A stretch of 64,000 nt of DNA from Bispira polyomma (lineage: Eukaryota): positions 2,480,001 to 2,544,000 of the forward strand of contig OZ287756.1 of assembly GCA_965649765.1 (NCBI GenBank), read 5' to 3'. Each line of letters opens with the position of its first letter. Position 1 is the stretch's first letter. Below the pieces are notes generated by a model. That model ran no database searches. It saw only the letters and a program-made list of their open reading frames with translations, and was not told the DNA's origin. The translations under genes were made by a program, and so were the position numbers. This document shows positions 36,261-51,574 of this stretch, one piece after another.

Positions 36261-37430
36261 TTTTCCCGTCAGTATGGGTGTATATATATCGTATTTATAT
36301 CCCAAACCCTAGTCTTTGTCACATATATATATATACCTATTGAAACCTACGAATCTGACTGGCCCCACGAAAAATGGACATAACAAAATATGCGGTTATT
36401 GGGATGTCAAATGTTATATCTTATTTTACAAACAAAATAAAAAAATAAATAGATATATTAAGGCTTCTGACTCGTCCTTAGTACCAACCACATATAACTG
36501 CCAAAAACAGACTTAAAATAATGGACAAAACTGGTAGAAAGTGCTGTCTACAGACAAAAAACATCTTCTCAATACATGATCTCGGATGGCTCCGCCCTCC
36601 GAAATAACAAATAATTGCTTAAACATACAAAATATATTAAATATATGACATTATTAATTTCTTTCTACTATCACTTATTCATTGATAAAAAAAGAAAATA
36701 AATAGAAAACACAAATAATAATTTCAACAATTGTTGGGTTTGTTTACATCCCAATGTAAAACCGGAAATGAAAAATTAAACAAAAATGGCGGACTTCCTG
36801 TTTTGTCACATGTATCAGTAACGGCCCATAAATTAAGAATTTGTTAATAACTAAATGACAAAAAGGATGTATTAGATTATTATTTTACTTACTTTAAGTT
36901 CCACCAGCTTTTCAGTTAATAACTTGAAGAAAAACTACATTTTAAAATATTCGACGATTATTTACAGCTGACTTCAAATTTTGGCAGCCGTGACGTCCCA
37001 AGAAAATATAAATATTTAGTTTGGGTTAAAAGTTATTTGGAAAGCCAGCTTAAATATATTCAATCTAGCTATTATTACTAGGATGGAACATATTTTGTAC
37101 TTAAGCCAGAGCAAGTTCCACACCCAGTTAGAACAGTAGGCTATCGCCACTTGTCATTAATTTAAGAGACACCACTCACGCCTAAGCTAAGTACAAATTA
37201 CATAATCCTCTTGATCCTTTACACCCACGCCTCGGCTGCACACAAAAGACTATTCATACACACACACGTATTCAGTCAATCTAGCAGTTAGACCAGTTAG
37301 AGCAATTAACATTATCTGGGGTGGAGTAAAAATTTAAATCTTGATTGCTATACAAGTTACATATGTAGATATAGTGATACACAGTCTTATATAAAAGTTT
37401 CAATGTCTTAATTATTGTTTGTTCACTCAC

Positions 37431-38676
37431 CCATCCACCCTGGCGGCTGCATCAGATTGGCCACTTCAGCCGACGCACTGCTCTGTACTGAAGACGGCCT
37501 ACCCGTCTCTTTGGTAGATGCACTCGATGCCACTGAAGCTGGCCTCTCTGGAGAGTAGATCTGACCTTGAGTGGGTGACACAGGGCCACTGACCAGTGGT
37601 CCTGGGGCTGGTGGACCAGGTGGGGGTGGTCCAGACCCAGAGATGACCAATGCTGCTGCTGCTGCCCCCATCTGGGGTGAAGACTCTGGTGGTGGTGGTG
37701 GCCCACTGTTGACCATGAACATTCCCTGCTGCTGACCGTGGTCTTCAGAACTCTGACCCGTAGGACTGTGACTATTACTCGGTGAGGTGGACGAGGAGTT
37801 CGACCCCACGATAAACTCCACCCCTCCTCCTAGCCCTCCGGTGGAGCTGTTTCGGCTGTGGCCTGACACGGGTTGGGCCGGAAACAGGGCAGACCCTGGG
37901 GACATGTGAGCTGGAGGCTGGGAGTGATCTGGAGTCAAAGAGGGAGAATCGCCCAGGGAATCGAAGGGAGAGGGCTGGTGCTGGAGGTTGGAGAAGGAAT
38001 TAGAAGCGGGCATGATATGGTCCTGTCTGGGAGTCTCAGAATAATTGCTGTAGGCGGAGGAATCGTTCAAGTTAACCTCTTCCATCTTGTTATTTAGATT
38101 TTTCACAGAGTCCCCCGGGTTATTACTGTTGTCAGTATATTGGGAGCCTCCCGAGTTGTTCAGGGTATCGGGCTGGTAGGTCATCATCCCTGGATTATAC
38201 GGTTGGTCTACAAACTGACCCGGTTGAGGCTGGTAGGCATACGGTGCATTGTGGGTAAACTGACTTCCTCCTGCCATTGCGACTGTGGGGCCATTCATTA
38301 CTGCCTCACCGGTGGACCAAGGTTGCAGCTGCTGAGGGGAACTATTGATACCACTAACAGGGGCGGCAGCAAACGTACTTGGATTGTTGTAGCTCATGGG
38401 CTCGTTCTGTACAGGGGCAAACTTTGGGGAGAGCTGCTGCTGCTGGATTGAAGCGGGACCACCAGAGCCCCAGGCTCCTCCTTCCCCTGCTGGTGGCCAC
38501 ATGTTGTTAGGCTCAAAACCATTGGCTGCTGTGTTCTGAGCAGCCATCGGTGGCTGGTTGGTAAAGGGCGGCTGCTGGTGTGGCTGCGACTGGCCATACT
38601 GGTTAGGACTAAACATCTTCACTGGACTGGGCACATCTTGCCTGTGCCACTGGGAATTTTGAAAATGATCGGCCAT
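37431..38676 (-). CDS. SEC16: SEC16 coding exon 1 (ATG at 38676; Q/P/S/G-rich disordered N-terminus)
   Basis: ORF MADHFQNSQW...QPPGWMG ends at donor G|GTGAGT (phase 1). An upstream acceptor TTTTGTAG| at 38838 suggests a further non-coding 5' exon. Frame-compatible with all downstream exons through to the Sec16 conserved domain. Confidence 0.85.
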
Positions 38677-40043
38677 CTGGCAGCACTAGATACCCATAGT
38701 TTTACTGTAAATATGCAAGTCCTGGGAGGCTATATTTTAGGCATTGATAGTTACACTATTCACCAAAGAAAAAAAATTGTATCGAGGAAAAATGATCGAT
38801 TTTCTGTTCTAGAAACTTCAAGCTGATTTGACAATACCTACAAAACAGAAAATACCATAACAATTATGAACAAATTACAAATGTATTTATCTTTTTCCCC
38901 CCCACAAAATGAATTTATTGACAACAATACACAGACTTGGCAAGTTATGGCAACACAGATCTATGTACCCACGCCGGTATTAACATAATAAGCAAGTCTC
39001 AGATTTGCACAAGGAAAGCACATGGAGTGGCAATACAAGAACATTTTATGAAAATTAATTCAGACTTCTTATCCATATTTATACACAAATGACATTCAGT
39101 ATTTATTAAAAAAATTTATATTTTGTTTTCAATGTTGTTTTACTATAATATTCAGGTACATAATACTATGGGACCTTGTTCGCCATTGTTTTAATTACAT
39201 ATTTAAAGTTCTATCTCAGGTGGCTGTTGACTAGTACACTGACGTTAATTGGTCTGCTAACCCTAGAGAAACTGTTGATTTAAAAATTTAATTTGATAAA
39301 ATTTATGCGATATCCTCAATGTGCCGGTTTTCGATCAGGTAAGAGGAACATTGTTTAGAAGTTTTTCACCCATTATTGGAATGATAAATAACAAATAACA
39401 GTACACATTTACACAAAAGAATGTACTTGTTGGTATCTATCAGTAACCAGGTCCATAAACATAAACCATGCGTAATTAGAGCTTTGGGAGCCAGTCCATC
39501 GAAAATAGACACATATCAAAATCACCCACATTGACTATATATATTGTAAAAACTTTCAATAGGCTAAATTTAATGGCTGACCAATGGAAATATGGTGCGA
39601 ACGCCACCCAGATTGCCAATACAAAACGCCACCTTGATTATCTGTTTCACATATATTAAATATGGTGAAAAGGCTTTTATGTTATGAAAGCCGAATACTG
39701 GTGTATATTTAGTGTTCTAGCGTAAATATGATAAATTCCATTAATTGATGTGGAGTACTGATGTATATTTAATTTAAAAAAAAAGATGTCGGGCATTTTC
39801 CGTGAACTGTGCATTAAAACATTGTTCAATGGAGCAATGAGTGGCCAGTACACATCTATTAATAAAATAAAGGAAATTTTATCAGTTTTTTGATAGATAT
39901 ATTATGGTAATAAGGACAGAAACCAAAAAGTTTCTCTGCTTTTCCATTTGCTGGGGTATTTAAGAAAATATAGAGAAAACAGACAATAAACGGTCACTAC
40001 ATATCTATAAAAAAGAGTTGGACTTACTCTGCTGATTTGATAT

Positions 40044-40407
40044 AGCAGTGGGAGACCAGTTCACGACTTCACGCCCGGGAACCAATTGACGCCCACCCAG
40101 ATTAAAACAGTGAATATCTCTTTGCAGGAACATTAGTTTGTAACAGTTTTTAGATAATTCAAACATAATATTATTGTAGTATTTGTCAGAGTTTAGTGAT
40201 CTCTGAATGTACTTCCGGTTTTGTATGTGTAAATAAACGTTTGATAGTAAACCTGGTTTTTGGTTTAATCTGTTATAATCTGTGTAGATACAATTATAAT
40301 AATTAACTTGACATAATCTTTGAGTGTATTTGCTTCATGGTTAAAACAATATTCACGGTTTTAAAATGGGTTTGCGCTGATTGCGTGAACTGGTCTCCTA
40401 CCACTAC
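40044..40407. mobile_element. MITE-like element
   Basis: GGAGACCAGTTCACG near the left end versus CGTGAACTGGTCTCC near the right end. Confidence 0.6.
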
Positions 40408-40689
40408 ATGAATAATTTGTAAATGTTCTATAATAATATATGTGCTTGAAAAGTGGTGGTATTATGGAGGTGGCGTTCTGACTGGTATCCAACCAATGAC
40501 CATGCAATATGTTAATAAACCTGACTATAATGGCAACAGTAAAGATTCATTATTATTTTTTAATAAGGGTCTGCTTCTAGTAATAATTCTCATCGTTTAC
40601 CAATAGTGTTAAAATTACACAATGATCGCCCGACCGGTATTTTGAACCCCTTGCCTGAGTAAACATTAACAGGATGTCTGTCGCAGATG

Positions 40690-40920
40690 TCAAATTTTAA
40701 CGGAAGTATAAAATCGAGTTTAACAACGATCGGTGTGCATTGTGATTAACTAAACACTTGGGATAGGTATAAGTACGGACATTTCTAGTTCGAATAAGCT
40801 ATTTAAGTGAATAAATTAACCAATTATTTACTTTTTCAAAACAAATGTTATGGTGTTCAAAGAACACTTCCGTTTCTGTTTGCTACGTGTTGCACATGCG
40901 CTTCGCTGGGTTGGTGAAGT
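40690..40920 (-). promoter_or_regulatory. Candidate SEC16 promoter / non-coding first exon region
   Basis: ETS-like CGGAAGT sites (~40701, ~40866) and NRF1-like GCGCATGTGC (~40892-40901) in a locally CpG-richer patch about 2 kb upstream of the 38838 acceptor. Motif evidence only. Confidence 0.3.
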
Positions 40921-41669
40921 ACATACTAATTTGCGAAATTTGTACCGATCAGAAAATACCTTGGGAAGCAGCTCTCTCAAAGTGAATGTTGTTTTATTAT
41001 GTTTGTAATTGGAATCAGTAGACTATGAATACAATCCTTTAGAAAGGAAGTATAGATTAGGTTCAGTTTCGCATTGTTTAGATAGGGATGAAGTTATAAT
41101 TCTAAAGACTTTATGTTAGCTGAGAATATTAATTTTATTGAAGATACATGGTTTGTGTCGTAGAGCAGGGACGTTGTGATAGGTGGGTAGTCTGAGAGTT
41201 ATACAAATTATATGAATATGAGATTTAATGTTTCTCTAAAGATATCTATATCTACACTAAAAATTATTTTGACAAAAAATATTTGTCCCGCATGGTGACT
41301 AAAACAACAAATTATTTCTCGTCAAAAATCTTTTTTATTTTTTTATTTATACTATTTTACACTGCCATTTACAAAGATATTGAATACCCTCGACAGCAGA
41401 GATATCCATGATATTTGTACCTCTCACAAAAAAAAACAACAAAAAAACCCAAAAACTTCTTTAATGGCAGATTTTTCAAATTCTATATACATATGTACAT
41501 TTACACAAAGAAAAAATAGTAACAATGCAATACCAAACTGTGGTGGTTCAATTTGAGTCCATATGATAACTAGATATTTTTTAATTTTTAAGTATACAAA
41601 ATAGCTTTAACAACCCGTTGGACCTTAAATAGGATAAACACAGAGCGTACATCAGTATTTAAGTTAAGA

Positions 41670-43015
41670 TTTTTATAGTTTCGGTAATAGGTTATTCCAT
41701 TTCGCCCATACCTTTCTAAAGTCGTCATAATTCGAATTTATTTTAGCCAAGTATTCTTGCTCTAAATATTTATTTAATATTACTTCTTCAAGATAGTAAA
41801 AATTTAAAGGGACCTTCTTGTGTGCACACCAGAAGATATATTTTCTCGTTAAAACGAGTATAAAATTCAATGGCTTATAATTTTGGTCCTGTATAACATA
41901 TCCAAAAATTTTTGTTATATCACAAATGTGTAATTCAAATTTTAATTTATTTTTTATCCAGATTTTAACATTATTCCATAATTCTTGTGTCAACTTACAC
42001 TCAAGAGAAAAGATGTTTAGTAGTTTCTACATATTGACCACAGAGACGACAGCTATTGGTATCTTCAATCTTGATTTTAAAAAGGTAATCACGTGTTCCA
42101 AGTATATTATACAAAATTTGGTATTGAAACCATATAACACAATTATCTCGAATTGTTTTAAAGCAAATTTTATAAATTGAATGCCACATTTCGTCATTTA
42201 TTACAGAGCTCATTTTCCTTTCCCATTTTAACTCGCACTTTGTAGGCGCTTTCCTTTCAGCTTCAATCATACAATTATAATATGTCTTGCTGCCTTTTTT
42301 CTGGTTAAAAAGGGGCTGCACATGGAATGGCAGGTGTGGTCTCTGTAGTACAAAATGGTTTCCTTTCGAATTTTCTGAAATAAATTTTTTTAGTACAGAC
42401 CTTATTTTAAAATATTCTAAAATATTCAAATTAATATTGTAGGTGTGAGATAAATCATCCCTGCTTAGCAAACGTCCTTCTGAGCTCACAATATCTCCCA
42501 CTATATGTATTCCATGTTTGGCCCATTTTGGGAAAAACATAGTTTCTTTTGAAATATGCTCATTTAACCAAACACTAGACCGAAGTATATCAGTATTTGA
42601 TTTAATTTGCTGTTGCTTACAAAATTCGATCCAAATTTCAAAAACATTTTTCCAAAAGGGGTTCATCCTTTTAGGAGAGTTTTGCACCAGGTAAATCCCA
42701 TCGTAAAAAGCCGGTCTAGATTTTCAATAGATTCTATCAGTAGATTATACCATGGGGATTTATTTCTTAAAGCAATTTTATTCATCCAAGTAAAATTTAG
42801 TGATTTTTCAAAAATAAAGATATTGACCATATTCAATCCACCTTCTAATTTGTCTGCACAGATATCCTGTCTATTAATTTTATCTATTTTTTATTCCATA
42901 AAAAGCCATACAGCTCCTTATTTATACTATGCAATATATCTCTAGGTGCTGGTATAGAAATAAAAAGGTGGTTGAATTTAGAAAGAATCAAAGTCTTTAT
43001 GATTGTTATTTTACC
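41670..43015 (-). mobile_element. L1/Tx1-like LINE ORF2 C-terminal fragment
   Basis: GGLNMVNI block, WFQYQILYNILGT..L.KI...CRLCGQYVETTKHLF zinc-knuckle (zf-RVT-like). Confidence 0.8.
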
Positions 43016-44739
43016 CAAAATAATAATTTTACCCAAAATAATAATTTTACGTCAAAAATTTGTTGAAAGCTTGTAACTTAAATTAGTCGAATATATGAGA
43101 AATTATTAATAAATAATTGACAAACTTGTAACAATTTTTAATTGTCCTTTAAAAACTTATTGTTTTAGGCACCATTTTCGATAAATTAAAAAATAATCAT
43201 AAAATTGTCATTTTTTTGACATTGGAATCAGTTTTGGATGACTTAAATCTGATTAAAGAGCAGTCACACTTTAGTCCAAAAAAATTGATAGATGCTAGAC
43301 TGTAATTAAACATTGACAAATTAAACATTGACAAATCGAAATATAATCTTAAAAGAAATTGCCAGCAGTACAATTTGTCATATGAATGGTATTTTCAAGT
43401 TATTGACAAATTTTTGACAACTATTCCATTGGTGGTAATAAATTAGCCACACTTTTTTTCCAAAGAAATCAAGATTTACCATTTCCTCTAGTCATAATTT
43501 TGATTACACTATATATTTTAATGAACAAGACAGTCAAACACAATGAAAGGCTTTATATGTAGTTTATGAATATGTTTTACACTTACGTGTTATCATTTCA
43601 ATTTATTTAGAATCAACAGCATGTTGCAGAGATAAAATACCCAAACACACACACCAAACATATGGTGTATACTAAATAGCACATTTCTGACATTATTCTA
43701 ACCCCAAAATGACTTTTTAACAAGAATTAGTCAGCACTTTCTAATGTAGATGCTTTGAAGTATTACACTAAAAACATCGCTTGAATATTTCGAAAATTCC
43801 AGCAGTTTAAATACTTGTCAAACATAAACACAGATGCCAATACACATACAAAATCGCCTATATGTAAGCTTTCTAATATTGTTTATAGCTTCAGTATATT
43901 ATTTATTTAATTTTTATCTGCAACATACTGTCTTCATCTTTTATGGTGTTCGTCATTATGTAATATAATAAACACATCGTTATTTACTTCTTATGTGAAT
44001 TAAAATAATAAATACACCCCAATAACTATTAAAACATATATTGGGAATTTTTAAAGTCAATAAAGATCATTTCCATGTGGCCTACATAAGATTCTATAAA
44101 TTAGTATTTGGATATTTATGCAAAAGTCTAAAACATTTAAAAATAAACAATTTCAGTTTTGATATTGAGTCAATGATTATTGTTTTAAGAATCAATGTCA
44201 AGCCTTTTCTAAAGTATAACATTGCCGATAGTAAGCCAGGTCACGATGAGCCTTGCAAGAGGCCTGTCATAGAGCTATATTGTTTTATTTTATTATGGGA
44301 TGACCTGGAAAATCAATGGTTTACCATGTGTTTTGACCATGCCCAGAGAATAAAAAAAACAACAACATATTTTTAAAATTCGTATGCAAGTGTGAGCAAA
44401 CAGCTCAAAACCCACGCCCAGACTTAGAAGGAAGTATTGGCGCTGTATAGGCTTGTGAAAGGTTTAAGCAAGTATATTTTTTGGCCATAAATTTGAGCTG
44501 TACTTGACTAAAATGTAAGAAGAATACCTCTAAGCGACAAGTTTGAAGCCATCTTCACAAGTAGAATAGTGGGTCCTGAGTTTGCAGTCATACCCGTTTA
44601 CTGTAACACATAAGCTAAAAAAAAAAAATAAAAAAAATTGGGGTACTTCATGCAATGAGACAGAAGAATAGATAAGCCTTGTGGAAAGTATAGCAATGAT
44701 AGGGGAAGGGAAAAAGTCTTGAAGTATTTCTGTGTTCAT

Positions 44740-45600
44740 AGTGAATTATATGTTCTTAAAAATATTGTGCTCAGAGGTACTCACAAACATATACCTCATG
44801 CATGCCCTGAGGAAGTGGGACCTTGAATTAGTACACAAGGGCCAACAACGAGTTTTGAGCATCAAGCAAAGGCTTTGCACTAAAGTTTGGGGGCCATGGA
44901 TAGCTATAGAATGTGAACAATACTGCATATCAAGATTGTCAGATGTTCAGTTTATTCAAGCCACCAGAGTACACCTGACAAAGCTACTAGAGGAACTGAA
45001 AAGATTCGGCTGCTGATTCAATGGATATCTTCAGGAGAATATGTAGTGTTTGTGGTATGTTAATCGCTATGTTGAGCTCAAGGTCAAAATGAAAAGAAAC
45101 ATAATGTCCAGCTTTGTAATTATGAAGAAATACTTGCATCATGTGGTACTCCTTTTTCACTGAAAACAGACAAAGGAAGAACCAAGCATTTTCTTCTTAT
45201 TATTATTATGCATTTGTGTTTTTGAGGAATTTGTAACTTTTCTCAAAACCAATGGGATTCAACCTCATTTTTCTACTGACCGAGTCAATGACACTGCAGG
45301 GAAAGGCAAAAACTAAACCATGTCGAAAACACCATGTATTGTATACTCACAAAAGGGATACCTTAAATTTGGTAAGACTACTACCTGCATACAGAACAAC
45401 TGAGCATACAACCACTGATGTCACTGCAGCAAAACGTCTAATTCACTATTTTAGAGATATGCCCCAACTTACCAACAAAATACTGGTATCTAGCAATTTG
45501 GAAGGTGGTTTTGACTGGGAAAGAAATTACAGCGGGAAAATGACAGAGAACAGCAGAGACGTAAAACATCTTAAAGAGAGTGAAACTGTGCTTTTATGAC
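44740..45600 (+). mobile_element. Decayed Ty3/Gypsy-type integrase region
   Basis: LELVHKGQQ...KQRLCTKVWGPWI..ECEQYC (integrase Zn-binding block) and LLPAYRTTEHTTT ('YR.TPH.TTG' block). Confidence 0.65.
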
Positions 45601-45749
45601 ATGACAAAAAACACAAACTCTCGAAATTATTTTAAGCCAAGCCTTTCAAGGTCATTGACAAAAGAAGAATTAAAGTAATGGTTAAAAGTGACGATGGTAG
45701 TATTATGTTAGTATATAAGTTTAAAGCAACATGTTTATCAATGAATCTT

Positions 45750-46580
45750 TTGTAAGTATGTGGTATCATCATATTTTTGACAACTATGTTCTAACATATA
45801 ATGTATTTTATCTATGTATAAGTATGTAGTTTTGTACAAGTCTGTGCACTAAGAAACCTTGTTTCCTGTGCATCAATCCTTAGGAATGTAGCCCAAGGTT
45901 CTTCCCATATTTACACCAAGTTTTGGTAAAATATGTAATCATGTGACCCCTTCAGCTATCAAAAACTATATTACCCACAATCCTATGCAGGTCCCATGAC
46001 ACCCCATATAAGGCAATGTTATCTAAATATCAGATAACTGGTCACATGACCATCAACAATTCTTTCTTCCTAGTCACATGACCATCAACAATTCTTCCTT
46101 CCTAGTCAGATAACAAATCACATGACCCTTGCCAATACTACATAAGGCAATGGTTTGATCACATGACCAAGCATTGCATCAACATTTACTAAATTACTAA
46201 ATTTCTGATCATGTGACTTCTATATTAGGTCATTTTACTTATTTTCTATAACCATGTGACCAGTCTTTCCTGTAGGATTCCAGAGAATGGAATGTCAATG
46301 AGTCATGGCATGCATTCTACAGTTAGGTGTATAAGGAGGCTTTTTAGCCAGTTTGGTAGAGTTGTTTAGAAGAGACCAATATGAACTACTAAGAGTGATG
46401 TAACTCAGCTTATAGAGAATTTAACCAGAGGCACCATCAAGAAAGAACTTGTACTTTTTTATATATTTTTGTGAACATTGTTATTTTGTTGTTAATAAAA
46501 GAAGAAAACATATATTGAACTTTCATTTGACACAAACAATTGTCAAGTGGGGAACTCAGAAGAACACGACCTACCTACAG
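45750..46580 (+). mobile_element. Possible 3' LTR of the Gypsy relic
   Basis: Follows the integrase; repeated GTCACATGACC motifs, TATAA at ~46330, AATAAA at ~46494, ends ...CTACA. Boundaries uncertain and no second LTR seen. Confidence 0.35.
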
Positions 46581-47323
46581 CTGATTAACAAGGAATAATA
46601 ACTTGGCATCTAGACCACCTCCACTTGACAACCTGTTTTAAATGTGGTTTGTACCACAATTACTGAATGTTGATCACATACAAAGCTGCAACCCATCAAA
46701 TTGTCACGGTCATCAAGGCAGAAGAAGTTACCTGCTAAATATGAAGAGTATATAATAAATATACATAATAAAGCATATCGAATGTTGTTCATTGGGTGTA
46801 GCCAGATACCTGGCAATTCAAACAAATGGCAATTTGTTTGTATGTGAATGTGTATAACACAGGACCTCTACATGACTCATTTTGAATATGCATGTATCTA
46901 TCCATCTAGTCATTCACAGTAATATGCAATGAAAGAAAGTATTTCAATGTAAATTATAGAATTTCCAAAGTCTCATAGGGGTTTATCAATGAATGTTTTT
47001 AAACACTTTCAATCAGTTTTTACTTTTAATTAAAATAAGTGTTTTACCCCCAAACAAGGTGAGATATAAGCTATTAGAAACAAGCCTATCTACAATGCAC
47101 TAAATAAGCATACATCCATAATGCAGCCAGCCAACACAACTTGTTGTTGCGGATACATCATATACTATGTTCATCTCGAGAAGCTTGGAATTTGGACTAT
47201 ATATATATATATAAAAAAATATATTATAAGAACTAGATAAATGGAGCTACTGTTTGGAAAACTTAAACACACATATACATTGTATTATGTTTATATGTCG
47301 ATTAGGTGAATACACTACGGTAT

Positions 47324-47385
47324 AATTGTAATTAGACTTTTATAGCGCTTAATCTCCCCTTAACGAAGGGGACACTAAGGCACCA
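47324..47385 (-). mobile_element. L2-clade LINE extreme 3' end (same family)
   Basis: AATTGTAATTAGACTTTTATAGCGCTTAATCTCCCCTTAACGAAGGGGACACTAAGGCACCAG. Confidence 0.8.
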
Positions 47386-49204
47386 GTTGACTCTATGTTA
47401 AAAATAATCTAACAAGTGAATCACCCAGGCGATATAATCACAAATTCATTACATATTACACAATATGTAGGCACCTTGAAATACACCTTATTGGCCGAGA
47501 CTTAGAAAATTTTAAAAATTACATTCTAAGAATGTTTTTGAACACAACCTCAGTCAACAGCTACCAAATCTTGTGACATGTATTTAAACTGTGTGCGAAT
47601 TTGACCGAAAAGAAATTTTATCAATAGATATTTAGGATTACGATAATTTTACAAATATATATTTAAACTACTAGGTGTTTATTATCAAACATATAGTGAT
47701 TACATGCCTTTATTGTGTGATGGATGTTCAGTTGTTGAAGCCTTTCAATAAGTTTTTTTTAAAAAGTAGCCTTTTCAAATTATTTTATTGTTCAGTTGTG
47801 TGGCTAATTAGTCTTAAATGGAAGTAATTGTAATATATGTAAAACGTTAAATCTTACAGCTTATACTCCTAAATGTACTAAGTCTATTGTAATATCAAAT
47901 CCATCACAGTTTTATACTGCGTCTGTGGCTTATGTGGAAAATAACCTAACAAGTGAATTGCCAACAATATGTGGGAGCAAGTGTCAGATAATGAAATGGA
48001 GTAACAGGGGTTCCAGCTCAGTAGAGCCTAACTCAAACTACCCTGACCCCTACTAGAGTGAGGGGGGGGGGGCTTAACCCTGATCCTAATCCTTGTGTCT
48101 TTCCCTCATCCTAATCCCTATCGCGGTGGTACTGGTTACAGTTACTGCTAAGGTAATGGAATCTATTTTAGGGGGGAGGGGGGGGGGGCGGTGGTGCCTC
48201 TGATCAAGTGTTACACGAGATGAAACATTATGTGTTCAATTAGGCGTTACAATACAATCTTGTGGGTTTGAATGCTTCTTTTGATTTTTAAAATTTTCTG
48301 TCTTCTTCCATCAATGTAGGATTGGGTTAGGATTACAGTCAGACACTTTCCCCACTCCCCTTGAGTTAGGATAGTTAGGGTTACAGACCAACCTTAGCAC
48401 TGAGTCAGAACCCCAAGTCGAGGGTGAGGGGTGACTATTTTCTATCTAATGAACTATTAATGTGACTATTTTCTATCTAATGAACTACCTCATCCATACT
48501 GATGTCAGAAAGGGTGTCCGATTATCAATTTTGGTGCTAGAGAGAGTTTTCCTTTAACCATAACCATGAAGCACAATGTAGCATTTTTATTGGAGTGTAA
48601 ACTGACCAAAACACATGAGACAAGTGTCTCTGTGTTTTAATGTGGTGCTTATTGCAAAATGCCTATAAAACCTCCACATAACACAACTTGAAAATAGCAT
48701 AACCTTTCCAAATCTTTATTGAGGACATGATGATTTTATGACTTTTTGGGTATATTAAAACTAGTGGGAGTGTGTTTTATTTTAAACAAAGAGTAAATCT
48801 AAAATCTAAATCTACTGCTTTGCATGCAGAATATCTTTCCAACAAAGGGAACTCAGTGCGCTGAACGAAACAAAGGATTAATAATAAAATTTACATCTTT
48901 CTTGGTACTTATCAGGCAACAAAGCTTACTGTAGCAGTCTAAATCTTTAGAAGACCCACTTATTTATAATGAATGAAGCAATGCTTTGAAACATATATAA
49001 AATAATAAAATGCCAAGTATTGATGGCTTTGCTGGAGGTCACTTGGATACTGATTATTACGTGCATTAAACTTCAGTTTTGAATAAGGTGTTCTACAGTA
49101 ATCATTAAGACAATGTGTAATTACTTGCCTTCCGGAAAAAGGCAAAGCTAGAGAGTACCTTAAAATCTGGCATCCACTATCAATGCTGTCAGTAGTGTAT
49201 AAAT

Positions 49205-51355
49205 AAGCCTCCACCGCTATCGCTAACAGAATAAAACCAGTCTTGAATTTTTTGATGGATAATAGTCAGAATGGCTTTGTTCCCAGAAGATATATAATAA
49301 AATGCGCAGTTTATTGTACGATTTAATGCATTATGCAGAAAACGATAATATCTTCAGACTACTTAAGTTGATTGATTTTGAAAAGGCCTTCAATTCTATC
49401 TCTTGGCAGTTTTTGTACAAAATACTAAGCTTTTTAGAATTTAGTCCTCAATTTTTTAATTGGATACACCTTTTTAATAACATTATCAAAACAACAATTT
49501 TGCAAAGTGGTTTTATTTCAGACTTCATTGAAATCCATCGAGACTGTGGACAAGGTGATCCAATTTCACCTTAGTTTCTAAATAACTAACAATCCCAAAA
49601 TTTTAAGTTTATCTGACGGTAATACTGAATTTGTAATACACAATTTGCTGATGATACAACCTAATTCTTGGATGGGACCGATACCTCTTTTGATGTAGCT
49701 TTAAATATATGGAACAATCTTAGGTTTAAGGATGAATACTGATAAAACTAAGCTAATATAGAGTTGCAAGTAGAGACATTCTAAAGATAAACTGTCTAAT
49801 TACCCCTTCAATGGGGGGGCAACTGTTTTTGATCTTCTCTGTTGATCACTCAAAAATGATTGAAATCAAGGGAAGTATTAACTACTGGAATAAAAGGAAT
49901 TTGACACCAATGGATAAAATAACGGTACCTTTCTAGTGGTCAAACTCAACCGTATCTAAGTTTACCAATGCCAAAGGAATCTGTATTGGACCAGTTAAAC
50001 TCAATTTTGTTTAAATTTGTTTGGAATAACAAACCTGACAAGATAAACAGAAATGTGCTTTCACTGGACAATAATATTGGAGGTCTAAAAATGATAAATT
50101 TGGTATCTCAGGTATGTGAAGGGAAAAATTTCAAATACTTTATGGATAGAAGTTTTTAAGGCCTAGGCATTGTTGATTAAACAGCGTGCACTCATAGATC
50201 AGGAGGCACTGGCAAGCCCTTTATGGTTTAATAGTAAAATATCTAGTGTGACCTGTATTGCACCAGATTGGTTTAAAAGCAGAATATCGATAGTTTGTGA
50301 TGTTTTGAATCAATCAGGATTTTTTGTGACATTAGATGAACTCAAAGATATTTGAAGACTCAATAAGAAAAACTATTTACAATATTATCAAATGAAACTC
50401 AATGTCAAAGAATATATCAAAAGAAAAAGCATAAATACAGGTCATATAGTTAGAAGATTCTTCCTCGCTAGTCACCCGACAATTCTGTATAAATCTAGCA
50501 AAGGTGCAATGATTTTTTTAGTGCTTGGATAGAAATGGAAAAAAACAACCATAACATTAAACTAAAATGGAATGTTGATTAAAAAACAAACATTGACGAT
50601 ATATCTTGGGGTGCAATATTTAGAATTTGTTTTAAGATAATTACTACTAACAAGCAGACTTGGTTTCAACTTAAATTAATCTATAGACCGATAGCTACGA
50701 GAAAATATCTAAAGAAACTAAATGTTGTTGATAGCACACTTTGTGTCAGATGCAATATTGAAAATGTATCCTTAATGAGTTTTCTGAAAAAAAAAAAGTT
50801 TTGGAAATTTGTTGCAGAACATATAAATGAAATCCTGAAAGTTAAAGTCAATTTTTCTGACTTTACAATAATCTTTGGCTACCAGCTGAATGACCAAATG
50901 ATTGTCCCTTTTAATGCTTTATTATGACAGTAAATAAGTATATTTTTGATTCCACCAATCATAATGGAAGACTCTCTTTGAAGGCCTTAAAGCTGAAATT
51001 AAAAGCGCTTTACCTCGATGAATTTTTAATATATCAGCTTAAGGATAAGGTAAAAAATATAAAACTTCTTGGACTAAGTGGAAGTCAATCTTCTCTTTGT
51101 AAACTAAAAGAAAATTACTTTAATGACTAAATGTCACACTGTGTATTGTTTGGTGTGAAAGTACACAAATGGAGAACATGTAAATTTTCTGAGAACATGT
51201 TAGTTTTCTGAAATGTAAATATATGGGCTTTTAGCCGAAACAAAATAAACTACATTCTTGTTTTCTATGTATTGAAACAATGTATGTTGTGTAATTTTAA
51301 TGTTAATGAGGACAAATAAAAAATTAGAAAAACCAAAAAAACAAGAAAAAAAAAC
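49205..51355 (+). mobile_element. Decayed L1/Tx1-like LINE (RT to C-terminus) with A-rich tail
   Basis: IANRIKPVL, IDFEKAFNSISW, CGQGDPISP, QFADDT, FKFVWNNKPDKI..GGLKM; AATAAA and A-rich tract at 51315-51355. Confidence 0.85.
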
Positions 51356-51574
51356 ATAGAGGTCGAAAGAGTTAAAGATGAAAATATTTGTTGATATTGC
51401 ACACTATTTGTCCTTGCAAAACCCATTAATAACTGTTATTATTTAAGCATTAAAATACAAGTCACAGTGTCACAGTTGTAATTGGATTTAGAATCCCATG
51501 AATGCAATTAACAAACCTATAAAATCGTAACATGAGGCCAACACATTAAATTTCAAGCACATCTATTTCTAACT